DNA of 63,613 nucleotides, filler included, from Chiloscyllium plagiosum (Eukaryota): the NCBI RefSeq assembly GCF_004010195.1. It is 4 parts of one record of this genome, joined end to end, with 100 filler letters (N's around TTAATTAATTAA, not from the genome) between each part and the next. Parts side by side here need not be neighbours in the genome. Positions count along the whole stretch, not along the records: positions 29,001 to 55,201 come from NC_057717.1; positions 55,302 to 60,572 come from NC_057717.1; positions 60,673 to 63,613 come from NC_057717.1; 1 more part is not named here. One strand, given 5' to 3'. Shown here in pieces: positions 49,101 through 61,789 of this stretch. Below the pieces are notes generated by a model. That model ran no database searches and was not told where the DNA came from. It worked only from the letters and a program-made list of their open reading frames with translations. Every line of letters begins with the position of its first letter. Position 1 is the first letter of the stretch. The translations under genes and the position numbers were made by a program.

Positions 49101-51979
49101 CGATTGACGAATTTGGGATGTTGCTCCTACAGCACAGAGTTTGAAATGTGTGTCTTAACTGTCACACGATTACAACGTCAACACTTTAAATGGTTTCGAA
49201 AGAACAATTTTTCTATACCGCATGATTGAACAGGAACGCAACCATCGTGTAAAAGAAGAACTGACTGAACTGAGCTCCAAACGTCCAGCTGGAAATTGGA
49301 TTCCAGTCCCTTCAAAAATAAAAAAAAAACAATTGAAATGAACACATTTTTCTTTAACTCAGGTGTATTGGGAAAAGGCAAACCATGTCCTTGTTTGCAG
49401 GAGTGTACCGTGTCTCTGTTTTAAACACTCAGATCCACAGCCAAACCCTAACAGCTGCTGTGAAAGAATGCGCATCCAGGTAATTGTGGGGTCAGGTGGC
49501 AGTTTGTTCAGGTATTAGAGTATCATAAAAGATGTTATGGGAGGCTGGAGTTGAGCGGTGTTAGTGATGTGGGGCTGGTAGCTTGGGGTTTTGGGCGAGT
49601 GGGAAGGATTAAAAAGGAAGGATTAGCAGAGCGAGATGTTGGGCATGTTGGGCTGCACCTGGCCAAAGTGACTATTCAAATGTTGTTGGGTTGGAGCATT
49701 TTATGTCTCGCATTTCCTGAACAATTAGTAGCTTTCCAAGTGGAACCCTCCAAATGCTCCAAATGTAGTGGATTCTTTAGGAGGATCTCCCCATCAGAGT
49801 CTTCAGGTCCCCAGTTGATTACCACAGAGTCTATGTCCAGGTGTTTGCAGGGGCCTGGCATGCAATCCCAGCCTGTGATTCTCTAACAAATACCTGACCA
49901 CTAGAATGGGTCCTTTCTGACTGAGTTAATGCAGAGAAATATTTAAACTTTTCAGTGTAATTCTCTGCTTTCACTACCTACTAGAATCTGCTGTAAATGA
50001 TACTCTCCATTAGATGTTCAGCAGTATATCAAGTATTAGATCTTCGACCCTTTTGAATGGCTAGGTCTAACTCAGTGGAATAGTTCCTGTCCTAAACACA
50101 CGCAGGTTCATTTCCCAAGCAAAGTCACTGGGCACAGGTGTCACATCTGTTCCCTTAAACTGGCTGTCCAAGCTCTGTTGTGTAATTGTTACCGTCCCCT
50201 GTGCAGCCCATAGTGAGGCCCACAGTGACTCATTCCTGGTCCTGCCTTTCCCACTGGGGAACACTGAGACCTGGTGATTCTATAGAGGCTGCGCTGTGGG
50301 GTCTGGCCCCTGAGTCTCATCACTCTGCGGCTGGGTCTCTGCCCTCACAATGGGAGATAAGCCTCTCTCAGCACGAGCTAGGGATTCATCAACAGCCAAT
50401 AGCATTTCCCCCTGGAGCACAGCCGCTTAAACGGGAAGGAAAGGAAATCAGAGAAAGCTGCTCAAATGGAGAGAGCACTGGGGAGAGAAACTGAAGTTCT
50501 CACGTATCCAAAATCAGTTTGGAGTACAGTGACTACAGCGACTCTAGCTGTCTTTTCCCATTTGAACTAAACTGATTGTATTGGAATCTGAAATATGACA
50601 ATTAAATCGCGGAAAATACTAACAGTCAATAAGGGTGAAAATGGAGTTTATATTCCAAAATCAATGTGTTAAGCGTAAATTTTAATGAATCCTAATCATA
50701 CTTTACTTATTATATTGGAAATTAACAAATACTCCCAATCTGCTATAGACTCTTACTCTGTCTGAGTTTCATCTGCTTTTGTCAGAAATGAAAAATGCAG
50801 CAATTAAAAGGATTTAGTGACAAAGAACAAAGAGGGGAACCGGAGGGAACGAAAACAAAATGGAATTGCAGGATAGATGAGATAACAAAAAGATAAGGCT
50901 GCAAAACAAAACCGCTTCATCCCAACTTTCTTGCCAAAAGGTGCTTGGAAGCACAAAGTAATCGGTCTGGAATGGAGCTTGTGCTGGAATTGATCATAAG
51001 TGCCAAAATATTACTGGAAGCTATGAAATACTGGGACCAGGATTGGGATCAGGAGGTGTGGCCACGTTGGTAGGGTAGGAAAAGTCTTGAATGCAATATT
51101 GTCAGATCTGGTCAATTAACGGTCGGTCAGCAGGGGGCGTCGTTCAATCAATGTGGGCAGAGGATGTTCTGGTTCAGAGAATTTTGCAATTATATTTAAA
51201 GGTTGTTACCTATACTTTCAAACAACAGCTCTGGAGAGCCATTGGCTACCACCCCAACAACCATTTACCATCAATTAGATTCAGATTGCTCCCTGATTCA
51301 TTAATGTTCCTCCAGGCTGCTTGGGCACAGGAACAGTCCCTGTTCCATCAAGGCTTGAGAGGATCAGTAAGTCAATGTGGGCAAGTTCAGGGAGAGATTG
51401 CTGAGGTGGTGAGTACGTATGGGGAACCTGGTTGAGTTGACAAAAAGGGATCAGCGAGCGGACATTTTCTGGAAGGGTTACAAGGTTAAACTGAAGAACT
51501 TCCATGTGACCAGAGATGAAAGTGAAATTGAAAGCAAAACACATCACATCCAGCCATTTCCACATTCATGGCAGCAGACTCTCCTTCCAAAAGGTCAGGG
51601 TAAGTACGACCCAGTGTGCCCTGACAGGATAGATCTGTTGCTGACTGCAGTAACTTGATTATGGGGAGTGGTGGGGTTTCGGGGGAGTGAGGGTTGGGGG
51701 CCTCACAGGCACTTCCCGTGACCAAGAGCAGCTCCTCATCCCCTTTGAAAATTACACCAGAATCCACGCAGAAAGCTCTCAGGTTGTCGGCACCTCTTGT
51801 CTTCAGGCAATTAGAGAGCCAGAATGATGAAAAGCAATGGAGAAAACAGATTGCAGTTGACATCACTTCAGCTGTCAGTGCAGAGGTACAACATCATAGC
51901 ACACGCATTTGTTAAGAAGGTCACCTTGAAGTCCTTAGATTTCACAAGAATCTAATTTGTTATTACATGTCACCGTGGT

Positions 51980-54900
51980 GTGTTGGCATTTTCAATTAAT
52001 TCTGGTGGGATGCATGACAAGTCAATACCGTCAATTTTGCACCCCACTGGGAGTAGGGAGTCAGTGAACTGTCTACAGAAAGGGGCCGTTGGCAACAGGG
52101 CAAGGAGCGCTCGAGAAGAGCACAGGTAGTGTGTTTGGTGCATGACCAAGTGTAGCAATGCTGACCTGGTCAGATTGTTCAGGGCTGTGTGAAATTCCTG
52201 CCAGAAGCATGGAATTATGGACGTCCGGGTTCTCTAACGTGAGACACTCAGAGGAACAGTGGATACTGGCATTCAATTTACACAAGGTCTGACGGAACAG
52301 GAGGGCGAGTGAATAAGAGTCTGAAATAGTGGCAGCATCAGTCGCAGTGGCAGGTTCAATATTGAAGTTAATGGGTTAGGAGAGTGGGTCTGTTATGGGT
52401 ACTGCCGAAACCCCTACAGTGCAGAGGGTCTTGTAATTCAGATAATTTTCTGAGTCGGGAGCCTAAGACGATTGGACAGACCCAGAATCCACCACAAAAG
52501 AAATGAGCCGCTCCCCAACACCTCCACATCCATCATCTAATTTCAGACGGGCGTTTGAGAGACGTATTGAGATCGCCTGTGAATCCTCCCTCTCGCGATA
52601 GCCCTAGTTAGTTTCTGAAGCACGGGGCAAGGGATCAGCCACAGTGTAGGCAGTCTGTTGAAGCTGCCTCTGTTGTGTGGTGGAATGCTGTCGTGCCTGC
52701 GGGAAGAGGGGGAGGGTAGATAGTCCTGGGTGACATTGCGTGGACAAGCACTGTCTCACCCAGTATTCCAATTTCCCACTGTTCCAGCACTGCCTTCTTT
52801 GAATTTCTCTAGTTTGTTGCACTGGCCTGGTGGTGTCCCTGTGGTTGTCGGGTTGCGCAAGCAAGTCGAATGCCCCCGTCCGTTTTGGCGTAGTGAACAT
52901 CGCATTCCTGTCCAAATTACTAAGTGCAATTAAAGTGTCCGTCCAGCTCGTCGTTTGATTGTGCAACGTGAAAACATGAGCATATGTTAGGTCTGCACGG
53001 CCAACTTTTCGTCCTCTGCTAATGGAATGCCTGACGTGGAGTCCCAGACCTCCTAAAGCGGACAATGACATCGAGCAAGTGCTTGGAGGCTCTGCAGACA
53101 CTGAATAACTGGCCAAAATCGGCGTGCAGTCTTTCACTGGACTTTATTGAATCCTTCATGGTGCTGTCGAGCCATTTTTTCCCAGTCTGCAGCGGTGTCC
53201 CAGGGGTGGATGGGGATGTCAATAACAGGGCTAATGGTCACACAGTGGATCATATGCACTAGCTGCAATACGGTCGGCACATCTTGGGGCAGACAGTTGT
53301 ATATACAGGAAATTTCGAGGACCCAATTGTAGAACGGGAGCAGTCACTTCAACGGGTCTGGTTCATCTTGGATCATGGCCCAGACCTCTGCGCAGATCCA
53401 GGTCTTATAGAAGGGAGTGGACACAATCATGATGCGGGGATTCCTGCAGTTGGTGCCCTCGTAGTTTAGGGAAACACTCGCGCTACGCGTGAGTCTGCAG
53501 TTAACATTTGTGTTGGGTAGCAGTAGTGATTCATACTGCCCGGCGGCTAATGTGCCCATCGCGGGCTTGCTGTATAATGTCCGGTAGAAAAAAATGCAGC
53601 CACTTCATTCAGGCCCAACGGGTGCGGCTCTGCAGACTGTATGGGAAATGTCGGGTACTGTGTGGCATAGGTTGGTGCGGCCGTGTCTGGAGTTATTGAG
53701 GTCTCACTGTCGGTTGTTATTGCAGTAGTCTTTCGTCCTCGCTGCCTGATACTGCTGGGCAACCAGTCGAAATTTGCAAGACACTGCAGCATGTATACCG
53801 TGTCCCAGGAGGAGTCAACGTGCCCTCCTGTAATGGCCGTGGTCCAGTAATCAAGCTTATCAAATTAAAAGGACCTCATATATGGCCAATTTCCTTGTGG
53901 CTATGTATGAAAGTCTCCTGCAAAGTGGGTATAGCAACTGCTGTCCCCTGTCTCTTTTAGCACAGTGTCTGTCAGTGAACCAGGTGTAACAAGAGAATCT
54001 CCGATTTTTATTTTGAAGTTCACATAGTTACAGGGTGGCGTGGACAGCACTGCTGCCTCACAGCGCCAGGGTTCCAGGTTCGATTTCAGCCTTGGGCGAC
54101 TGTCTGTGTACAGTTTGCACATACTCCCCATGTCTGCGTGGGACTCCTCCGTCTGCTCCAGTTTCCTCTCACAATCACAAAGATGTGCAAGCCAGGTGAA
54201 ATGGCTGTGCTAAATTGCTCATAGTGTCAGGTGCATTAGTGGGAGAGAAATGGGTCTGCGTGGGTTACTCTTCCGAGGGTCGGTATGGACTAGTTGGGCC
54301 GACGGGCCTGTTTCTACACCGTAGGGAATCTAATCTCACATGCGTCCACAATAATGTTTTGTTCAACTTCGGTCCTGGGCCGTTCTCACCACGTGGGTTG
54401 GTGTTGCCCAGCTAGCACATCCCAGCAGTGAGTGGATTTCCCTGCCCCATGGCGTACTGGACGTCCTGCATTGACTGCTAAGCACTGCACTTCGGCTTTC
54501 GAGGAAAGTCAGAGGGAGCACTCACAGAACACACAAGCAGTGAGTGATTGGCAGATCAAGCAATAAAGGATTACTGAGCGTATAATTGCTGAGCGCACTG
54601 TAAACAAACACTTGTCTGTTGGATAAACACACTTAGATGAGACACCCGAAACTGACAAGACATGCAGTCAGCAACCGCAAAACAAACAGACACATCCAAT
54701 GCAAATACTCAGAAACCAAAAGACATAAAAAGTGAACTGGCGGAGCCCCTGTCAATTTCCTTCCAGCTGAGGAATCTCTTTGGATTGATTCGAAAAATTT
54801 AATCAGCAGTCTCTCATTCTATTTTGCCACGCTTCCCTTGCCCGTTCGGCTTTTCCCCGGCTGGATCCGGATCACGGCATAAGCCCTGGCCGAGTATGAT

Positions 54901-55200
54901 ACAATCAAGATTCAATCAAGTATTCAGCAGCATCAATCAGTTCTAGAATGGAATCGGGGGTTCCAGCTCTCTTCGTGGGTATGTTAAAATGCCCCTTTCC
55001 TTGACAGTAAGCTGTTACCATTGTTGCTCTCCAAAGATAAGCAAGGTATTCTGGTGCATCTTCGGCTGAGCTGAGCTTCGTGTGGCTTTGATATCACTGG
55101 GGTACTAGACTACCCATCGGACTTTGGAACAGCGGTGTTTATCGGGTCCAGGAAGCTTATTGGTAGTTTGTCTTGGGAAGTGTATTCCCTGGTTTGTGAA
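51980..55200 (-). mobile_element. Second class I ERV: LTR remnant, PBS(His-like), gag, amber-readthrough junction, protease; no RT seen
   Basis: PBS-like tgccgtgatccggat at ~54865-54880; gag YKTWICAEVWAMIQDEPDPLK; Zn knuckle CWNSGKLEYWVRQC; TAG-GGC at 52606-52601 in frame with FVVDSGS (DSG 52489-52481); LLFRQTLCKLNASIHCS. Confidence 0.8.
54033..54335 (+). mobile_element. HE1-type V-SINE inserted in the ERV leader/gag
   Basis: agcactgctgcctcacagcgccagggttccaggttcgatttc; gtttgcacatactccccatgtctgcgtggg; tail gtagggaatctaatct. Confidence 0.9.
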
Positions 55201-55353
55201 TNNNNNNNNNNNNNNNNNNNNNNNNNNNNNNNNNNNNNNNNNNNNTTAATTAATTAANNNNNNNNNNNNNNNNNNNNNNNNNNNNNNNNNNNNNNNNNNN
55301 NTAGGTACAAACTCCATTCCCAGCCTCTGCCTAGGCTGTGCACTATCTTGCAG

Positions 55354-55671
55354 CTCCTCGGCTTTTGTTGGGGCTTCCTTTAATACATTTAATACATTTA
55401 CTAATGCCACTGGCTTAGTTTCTTTTACCACATCTTCTCCCATAGTGCCTTTCTTAACAACCTGCACTGTGACCTTACGTATCCCACCTTATGGCAGTGA
55501 TACAACTTTTCCCTCCTCGGCTTTTGTTGGGGCTTCCTTTAATACATTTAATACATTTACTAATGCCACTGGCTTAGTGTCTTTTACCACATCTTCTCCC
55601 ATAGTGCCTTTCTTAACAACCTGCACTGTGACCTTACGTATCCCACCTTATGGCAGTGATACAACTTTTCC
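55354..55671. repeat. 159-bp tandem duplication in Gypsy gag
   Basis: ctcctcggcttttgttggggcttcc...gatacaacttttcc starts at 55354 and 55513. Confidence 0.9.
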
Positions 55672-57202
55672 CAGTGTCTTTCTAAAACCACCGGCACTCT
55701 AAATTTCTGTGTCCCACTCTAATGCAGTGAAAGCACCTGAGGCGTCTCATCTACTTTACATCCTCTTGGTAATCGTCTTTAACCTGTGCTAAACTCTTAT
55801 TCTCTACAGTTTCTTTCATAGTGTAGCATCTCCGATTCTCCCAAATTCGATCCTTGACAGTAGGAAATTCTGGCTGGAAGCTTCTCGTACGCAGCAACCT
55901 GTATTCATCTGCTAAGTCTCCTGCCGTTAATTTCTGAACTTTCTGTTCCTCCACGTGAATTCTTATCATATCTGGAAGTGATTGTTTCAAGTCCTTCAGC
56001 GGAATAATCTCCATTAGAGCCTCATAGGTCATATCTATCTTTAAAGCAAGCATCCATCTGTCAAAATGCCTGTGTTTGATTATTTCAAACTCAAAATAAG
56101 ACTGACCTGATTACTTCTGTATGTTTCTCTATTGCTGACTATATGATTCTGGTACCAATTCGTGAGCACTTAAAATACCTTGTTTGACGTCTTGAGAATC
56201 TCTTGACCCCTCATCTGACAGAGGAGAAAATACCTCACTCGCCCTGCCTACCAGTTTAGTCCGAAATAGCGTTACCCATAAATCGTTAGATCACTCCAGA
56301 TACCTAGCCAATTCTTCAAGTGAGATAAAGAAGGCTTCAGCATCCTTCTCATTAAAATGTTGCAGAGTATTGACATAGTTGCAGAGAACACTACCTTCTC
56401 TTTTAATCTCCATCTTTTTAATGTGACTTACGCTGACTCAATCACAACTTCTCAAGTTCAAATTATCTCTCTTTTTGGTCAGCTAAGAACCTTCTCCTTC
56501 TCTCTTTTTTTCTCTCTCTCTCTGTCTTCTGTCTTGCTTTCTGTTTCTTCCCTCTCTCTTTTTCTCTCCCTTTGTTTATCTTTAAACAGCATTTTCCTCG
56601 ATTGGAATTTAAGTGTTTTCTCTCACTCTACTGCACTTGTCTGTGTTTCTGACATACCTTAGTGTTTGGGAAATGCCCGGAAAATTTCAGATTTACTTTT
56701 ATCCTTGGTTATATCCAAATCTAACTTCTTTGCTAATTCTAAACGTTTGGCCTTTATCTTTCCTTCCAAGATTTCGTGGCAAATTGGAGAATCATCTTCA
56801 AACCCCTCTTACCATTTTTAGCAGCCATTTAAACAAACACAAGTCATCGAAATTAAACAAGTTGTATCACTGACGTTTTATTTAAAGATCTCGGTCACGA
56901 ACGTGCAGAAGTTTGAATATATTTTGTTTTCTTTTCGTCGCTCAAATCTATTTAAATCTCAGACTGGATCTGCCTAAACCTGTTCATATCGTAGACGAAA
57001 GCCCCCAAGCTGTTACGACACAGGGTTAACCCCTCTTCTAATTTAAACCAGCCACACAGAAAACGTTCACCTCATTTCATAATCTGTTAAATTTCGAGAG
57101 GCAAAGATACATTTACAGAGTTCACTATTTAAAGTAAAATTAACAATTTGTTATTTAAGTACAACAGAGAATAATAAAACAAACAACTATTTAGAACTCC
57201 CT

Positions 57203-57730
57203 TCGGTTTGTCCAGTAGGCTAAGATAAAAGGTAGGGAGGAGGGACTTGGGGGAGGGGCGTCGGAAATGTGATAGGTGGAAAGAGGTCAAGGTGAGGGTG
57301 ATAGGTCAGACTGGGGTGGGGGCGGGGAGGTCGGGAAGAAGATTGCAGGTTAGGAGGGCGGTGCTGAATTTGATGGATTTGACTGAGACAGGCTGGGGGG
57401 AGGGGAAATGAGGAAACTGGTGTAATCCGAGTTCATTCCTTGTGGTTGAAGGGTTCCTAGCCGGAAGATGAGGCGTTCTTCCTCCAACCGTCGTTTTGTT
57501 GTGGTCTGACGATGGAGGAGTCCAAAGACTTGCATATCCTTGGTGGAGTGGGAGGGGGAATTGAAATGTTGAGCTACAGGGTGGTTGGGTTGGTTGGTCC
57601 AGGTGTCCCAGAGGTGTTCTCTGAAACGCTCCGCAAGTAGCCGGCCTGTCTCACCAATATAGAGGTGTTGCTTTTCCAGCAACACATTTCCAGCTCTGAT
57701 CTCCAGCATCTGCAGACCTCACTTTCTCCT
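57203..57730 (-). mobile_element. Penelope-like GIY-YIG 3' fragment with short inverted terminal piece, nested in the Gypsy LTR
   Basis: LYIGETGRLLAERFREHL...HPVAQHFNSPSH...RRLEEERLIFRLGTLQPQGMN. Confidence 0.92.
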
Positions 57731-58211
57731 CATATCTTTCTGGATGTCCTTGGTAGTTCTCCCCCTAAATGTTCAAAATGTCCAGTTTTATACCTCGAAA
57801 CACTGGACCATTTCATTGCTTTTGATGTCATCAAATATTTCAAACTCAATTTGATTTCAGTGTGTTGGGGCAAAGTTTAAACTGGTCGAATCTGAATTGG
57901 ATTTCGTTTTGTGGCAACTCAGCTATTGATTTCACAGTCAAATGTTACATTTAACTTCTTTCAGAACACTTTGTGCCAGCTTCCAGTCTCTCTTAAATGT
58001 AACATATATCTCTACACCTTCATAACAATAACTTTTATCTGCACTCCATAGCTTTGCATAAATTTGATCAACTTAGTAATTTCACATCATACTCTTTTCT
58101 GTTCCAAAAATACCAATTTTCTCTCATCCTTCCTTTACCTAAATCCTTCTTTCCAGTTATCATTCAAATTACTTACAATGTTACTGGTATTCTTCGACAA
58201 AGAATTACATT

Positions 58212-58345
58212 GTGTGTATGTGTATATGTGTGTGTGTCTGTGTGTGTATGTATATAAGTATGTGCTTGCATGAGTGTGTGAATGTGTGTCTATGTGTGTA
58301 TGCATGTGTGTGCGTATGTGTATATGTGTGTGTATGTGTGTGTGC
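58212..58345. repeat. Imperfect (TG)n microsatellite
   Basis: tgtgtgtatgtgtatatgtgtgtg... Confidence 0.95.
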
Positions 58346-58934
58346 ATTTCGTGAATAATTCTCTGTAACTGGGCTGAGAAGAAAGAATGAGAAGTAATCA
58401 CATTCCCATACGAAAGAGTAAATGTGCAACGTTTCCAAGCTTTCTGATATCAAAAAAGATGTAAAAACCTCCTTTATTCATGGATTGGGAAAGTGAAAAA
58501 ATGATGTTCATGGACCGAACAGTAGTAATGTAATGAACCTTTACTGGGATCATTGAACGAACCAAATATTTAGTTTTCTTTTGAGAGTTTAAATTCAGCT
58601 TTTGTTTTCAATTCTATGTTGCATACATTTTTATCAATATGCAATCAACATCGATGACAAAACCAGAAGTTGCTGGAAATGCTCAGTAGTTCTGTCATTG
58701 TGTCTTGTGAGAAAGCAGATACAACATAAAGGAATGGGTCTGGGTTGTTTGTGTTTTGCCAATAGTGGTCAGCGATGTGCCGGTTAGGTGCATTAGTTAG
58801 GGGTAAATGCAGAGTAACAGAGTTGGGGAATGGGTCAGAATGAGTTACTCTTCAATGGGTCAGCGTGGACGTGTTGTTTTAAATGGCCGGTTTCCCCACC
58901 GTAGGGATTCTATGATTCTATGATTTCTTCATAA

Positions 58935-60440
58935 AAAGGGTGGTCGGTGCCTGGATCCAGAATGTCTCCGAGCATGCTCAGTGCATATTGAAGTGGGAGG
59001 GTAAACAGACAGCCGTCGTGGTTCACATTGACACCAATGACATCGGTAAGAAGAGTGAAAGGTTGGAAGGTCCTGCAAAGGAAGTTCAGGGAGTTAGGAG
59101 TGAGTGTAAAAGCAGGATCTCCAGGATTGTATTCTTGGGATTACTCCCCAAGCACCTGGAAATGAGACAAGGAAGAGGAAGATAGTCGAGTTGAATATGT
59201 GGCAAAGAGCTAGTTGGGAAGGAGGGTTTCTGATTTTTGGATGATTCAGATCGCGTACAAAAAAGGAAAGTGTGAACTTTAACTGGAACGGCCCCAACAT
59301 CCTGGAAAGGAGGTGTGATCGTGCAGATTTAAGCTAATGATACAGGAATATGGGAACCAAAGCAGCAGGTCAGAAAATGAGCAGAAAGTAAAGGCTTGTC
59401 AAATAAACAGGCAGAGCCATTTTAATGACCATGCTGAGGGAAGGAATCATAACAATTTTAAAAACATGAGTTGAAAGTTGAAGTATATGATAGGCTCACT
59501 ATTATCAGGGATCAGTAAATAAGGATGGAGAGCCTGTGAACGCAAGTATTAAAAGAGAAAGATAAATCAATAGAACTTATGCTAAAAAACGTTTTGAATT
59601 AAATTTGTGCAGTATTTGGAATAAAATGAATGAGCTGACAGCGCAAACAGAGATAAGAAATTGCATGGTGGGCATGACTGAAATGTGGTTACTTGAATGT
59701 CAGGACTGGGGTGTTAAATGTCCAAGGCTGCTCAGTATTCAGACAAGAAGGAACAGCAGGTGGAGTGCCTGTATTGGTTAAGAATTATGTCAAGGCTGTA
59801 TTAACAAATTATATTAGCACGTGGGACAAAACTGGTGAATCAGTCTGGTTTGAAATAAAACACATGAAAGGAAACCCATTGGTATGAGCATTTCCAGCCC
59901 AAAAAACCACTCTCCCCCCTCATAAATGAATTTCAAAGTAAGGAATAGCATGAACCAGGGAATAACGATGGCTTCAGACAAGGGCACAAGAGTGATTATG
60001 GGAATATGAGCATGCATATTGACTGGAGTAATCAATTTGGAAAGGGGAGCCTCAAAGAACAATGTGTCGAATATATGACGGATTATTTCTTTGATTAACA
60101 TGTAATGGAACCAACCTGAGAACTGGCTTTGGTATTACGTAATGAGGAAAGAGTGATAAATCATATTGTAGTACAGGATTATCTTAGAAAGAGTGACCAA
60201 AACATGCTGGATTTTCACATTCAGACTGTAACAGTGAAGACAGAGTCACATAGAAGAGGTTCAGCGTTGGACAATGATAATTATATTGGCCTGAGGAAGG
60301 GCTCGGCCTGATGGGACATGTCAAAAAGATTAAAGTTCAGGACATTTGAAGAACAGTGGCAACTACTTAGAGAGATAGTCAAAAACCCCTCAAATAAAGT
60401 GTAATCTTGAGTGGAAGAGGAATTGTAAAATCAATCCATG
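58935..60440 (+). mobile_element. CR1-clade LINE: ORF1 esterase (SGNH-like) remnant and ORF2 endonuclease remnant
   Basis: GAWIQNVSE...AVVVHIDTNDIGKK; LNVQGCSVFR..GGVPVLVK..ESVWFEI; YLRKSDQNML. Confidence 0.8.
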
Positions 60441-60718
60441 TCTTAACACGGAAAGTTAACAATAACATGGAGGTTCTTGCCTGGTGGTATTATCGCTTAC
60501 TGGTAATCCAGATAAAGTTCTGGGGAACTCAGATTCAAATGCCGCCATGGCAGATGGTGGAATTTAAATCCANNNNNNNNNNNNNNNNNNNNNNNNNNNN
60601 NNNNNNNNNNNNNNNNTTAATTAATTAANNNNNNNNNNNNNNNNNNNNNNNNNNNNNNNNNNNNNNNNNNNNTGGACTCCTCGTTCCATTCTCTGCTGCA
60701 TCTTATGTTGGCTCTCAG

Positions 60719-61605
60719 TTACTTGGATTTATTCATCAATTGAGTTATTTTTATAACAGGATATTTCACTGCATACTTTAACTGGTCTCTGAACTTTTTC
60801 TGTGTTACAACGTAAATAGCTGCATTTGTGCAGCAGTTTAGGTTCCGTAGCATATCTGCAACTTGTTCAAAGAGACGAGAAGCAGCGGAATCCAAGGAAT
60901 AACCAGCTTGAAAGAAAAATTAAAATATACCCAACCAGAGAAGGATAAAGCTGGCGGATATAGCAAAGAGTAAAACCACAGAATTCTGTCTGCTGTCTAC
61001 CTCTGAGTCATGCTTTGTTTTTCTCTGACCCCTCAGCCCCTGACGCATCTGAATGGCCTCAGTGATATATCTAACAGTCAGAATGTTCAGAAAGAGAATA
61101 CCAGTGAATGGGAGCAATGGTGTTAAAAACTTTTCGAAATGCTTAAAGCTTGTCCAGCGACTGTCATATTAATAGCTCTGGCTGTTATAACAGTACCACG
61201 GAACATTGTTGATGATCTCTCCAGGTGTAAATCGGTAATAGATGGGAATGTTCTTCAAAGAAAAGAAAATACAGATTGTTGCAAGAACTCTCGTTGCAGT
61301 TTTCTCTGTGCAATACTGAGATTTCATTTGATGTAAGCAAATGGCAACAAATCGATCAAAAGAAAAAGCGACAGTGAACCAGACAGAACAGTCAATAGTC
61401 ACACGGTTCACAGCATAGATAACACTACAGACAGGAGTGATGTCCAGGAAACACTGTGGATAATAATAGTAAGCAAACTGATAAAGTAATATGTGAAATA
61501 TAATGAAGAGTAGATCAGATGTAGCCATGGCCATCAGATAGCGAGTGGTACATTTAGAAAGACCACAGTTGCCCCGAGCCATAAGTACAATCGTCACTAG
61601 ACTAA
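60719..61605 (-). pseudogene. GPR139-like class A GPCR, main coding exon (TM1-TM7), disabled
   Basis: Acceptor ctctcttacag|TT at 61605; VSLVTIVLMARGNCGLSKCTTRYLMAMATSDLL..SVWFTVAFSFDRFVAIC..; in-frame TAA at 61171-61169; frameshift near 60920; NCCTNAAIYVVTQKKFR. Confidence 0.9.
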
Positions 61606-61789
61606 CTGTAAGAGAGAGGGAGAAAAAGAGATGCAAAGTTACTGATCAAACATTCTCAGTGACTGTTCCCAAGTTGTAAGTAATGGATTTTCACACAAAG
61701 ATAATTGTAGTTCCATGTCATATGAAGTTATCCAATGGGGGGAGCTAATGCCGTGAAAACCCTTCACCTTGCATATTTCTCCTGGGTGA

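Larger units (their letters stand above)
55302..58027 (-). mobile_element. Gmr1-like Gypsy LTR retrotransposon 5' part: LTR (57011-58027, interrupted), PBS(Pro), gag with SCAN-related capsid region
   Basis: LTR termini tgttacga / tcataaca; PBS ttgggggctttcgtctacgat (56988-57008); FNEKDAEAFFISLEELA, LVGRASEVF, HELVPESY, YEALMEII..IRIHVEEQK..LADEY. Confidence 0.8.

Noticed and set aside
58054..58453. His/Thr- and Cys/Val-rich ORFs
   Set aside because: Translations of the (TG)n microsatellite
8119..61605. Joining the 8.1-kb exon 1 to the 61-kb exon 2 as one GPCR gene
   Set aside because: Compatible phase but opposite strands
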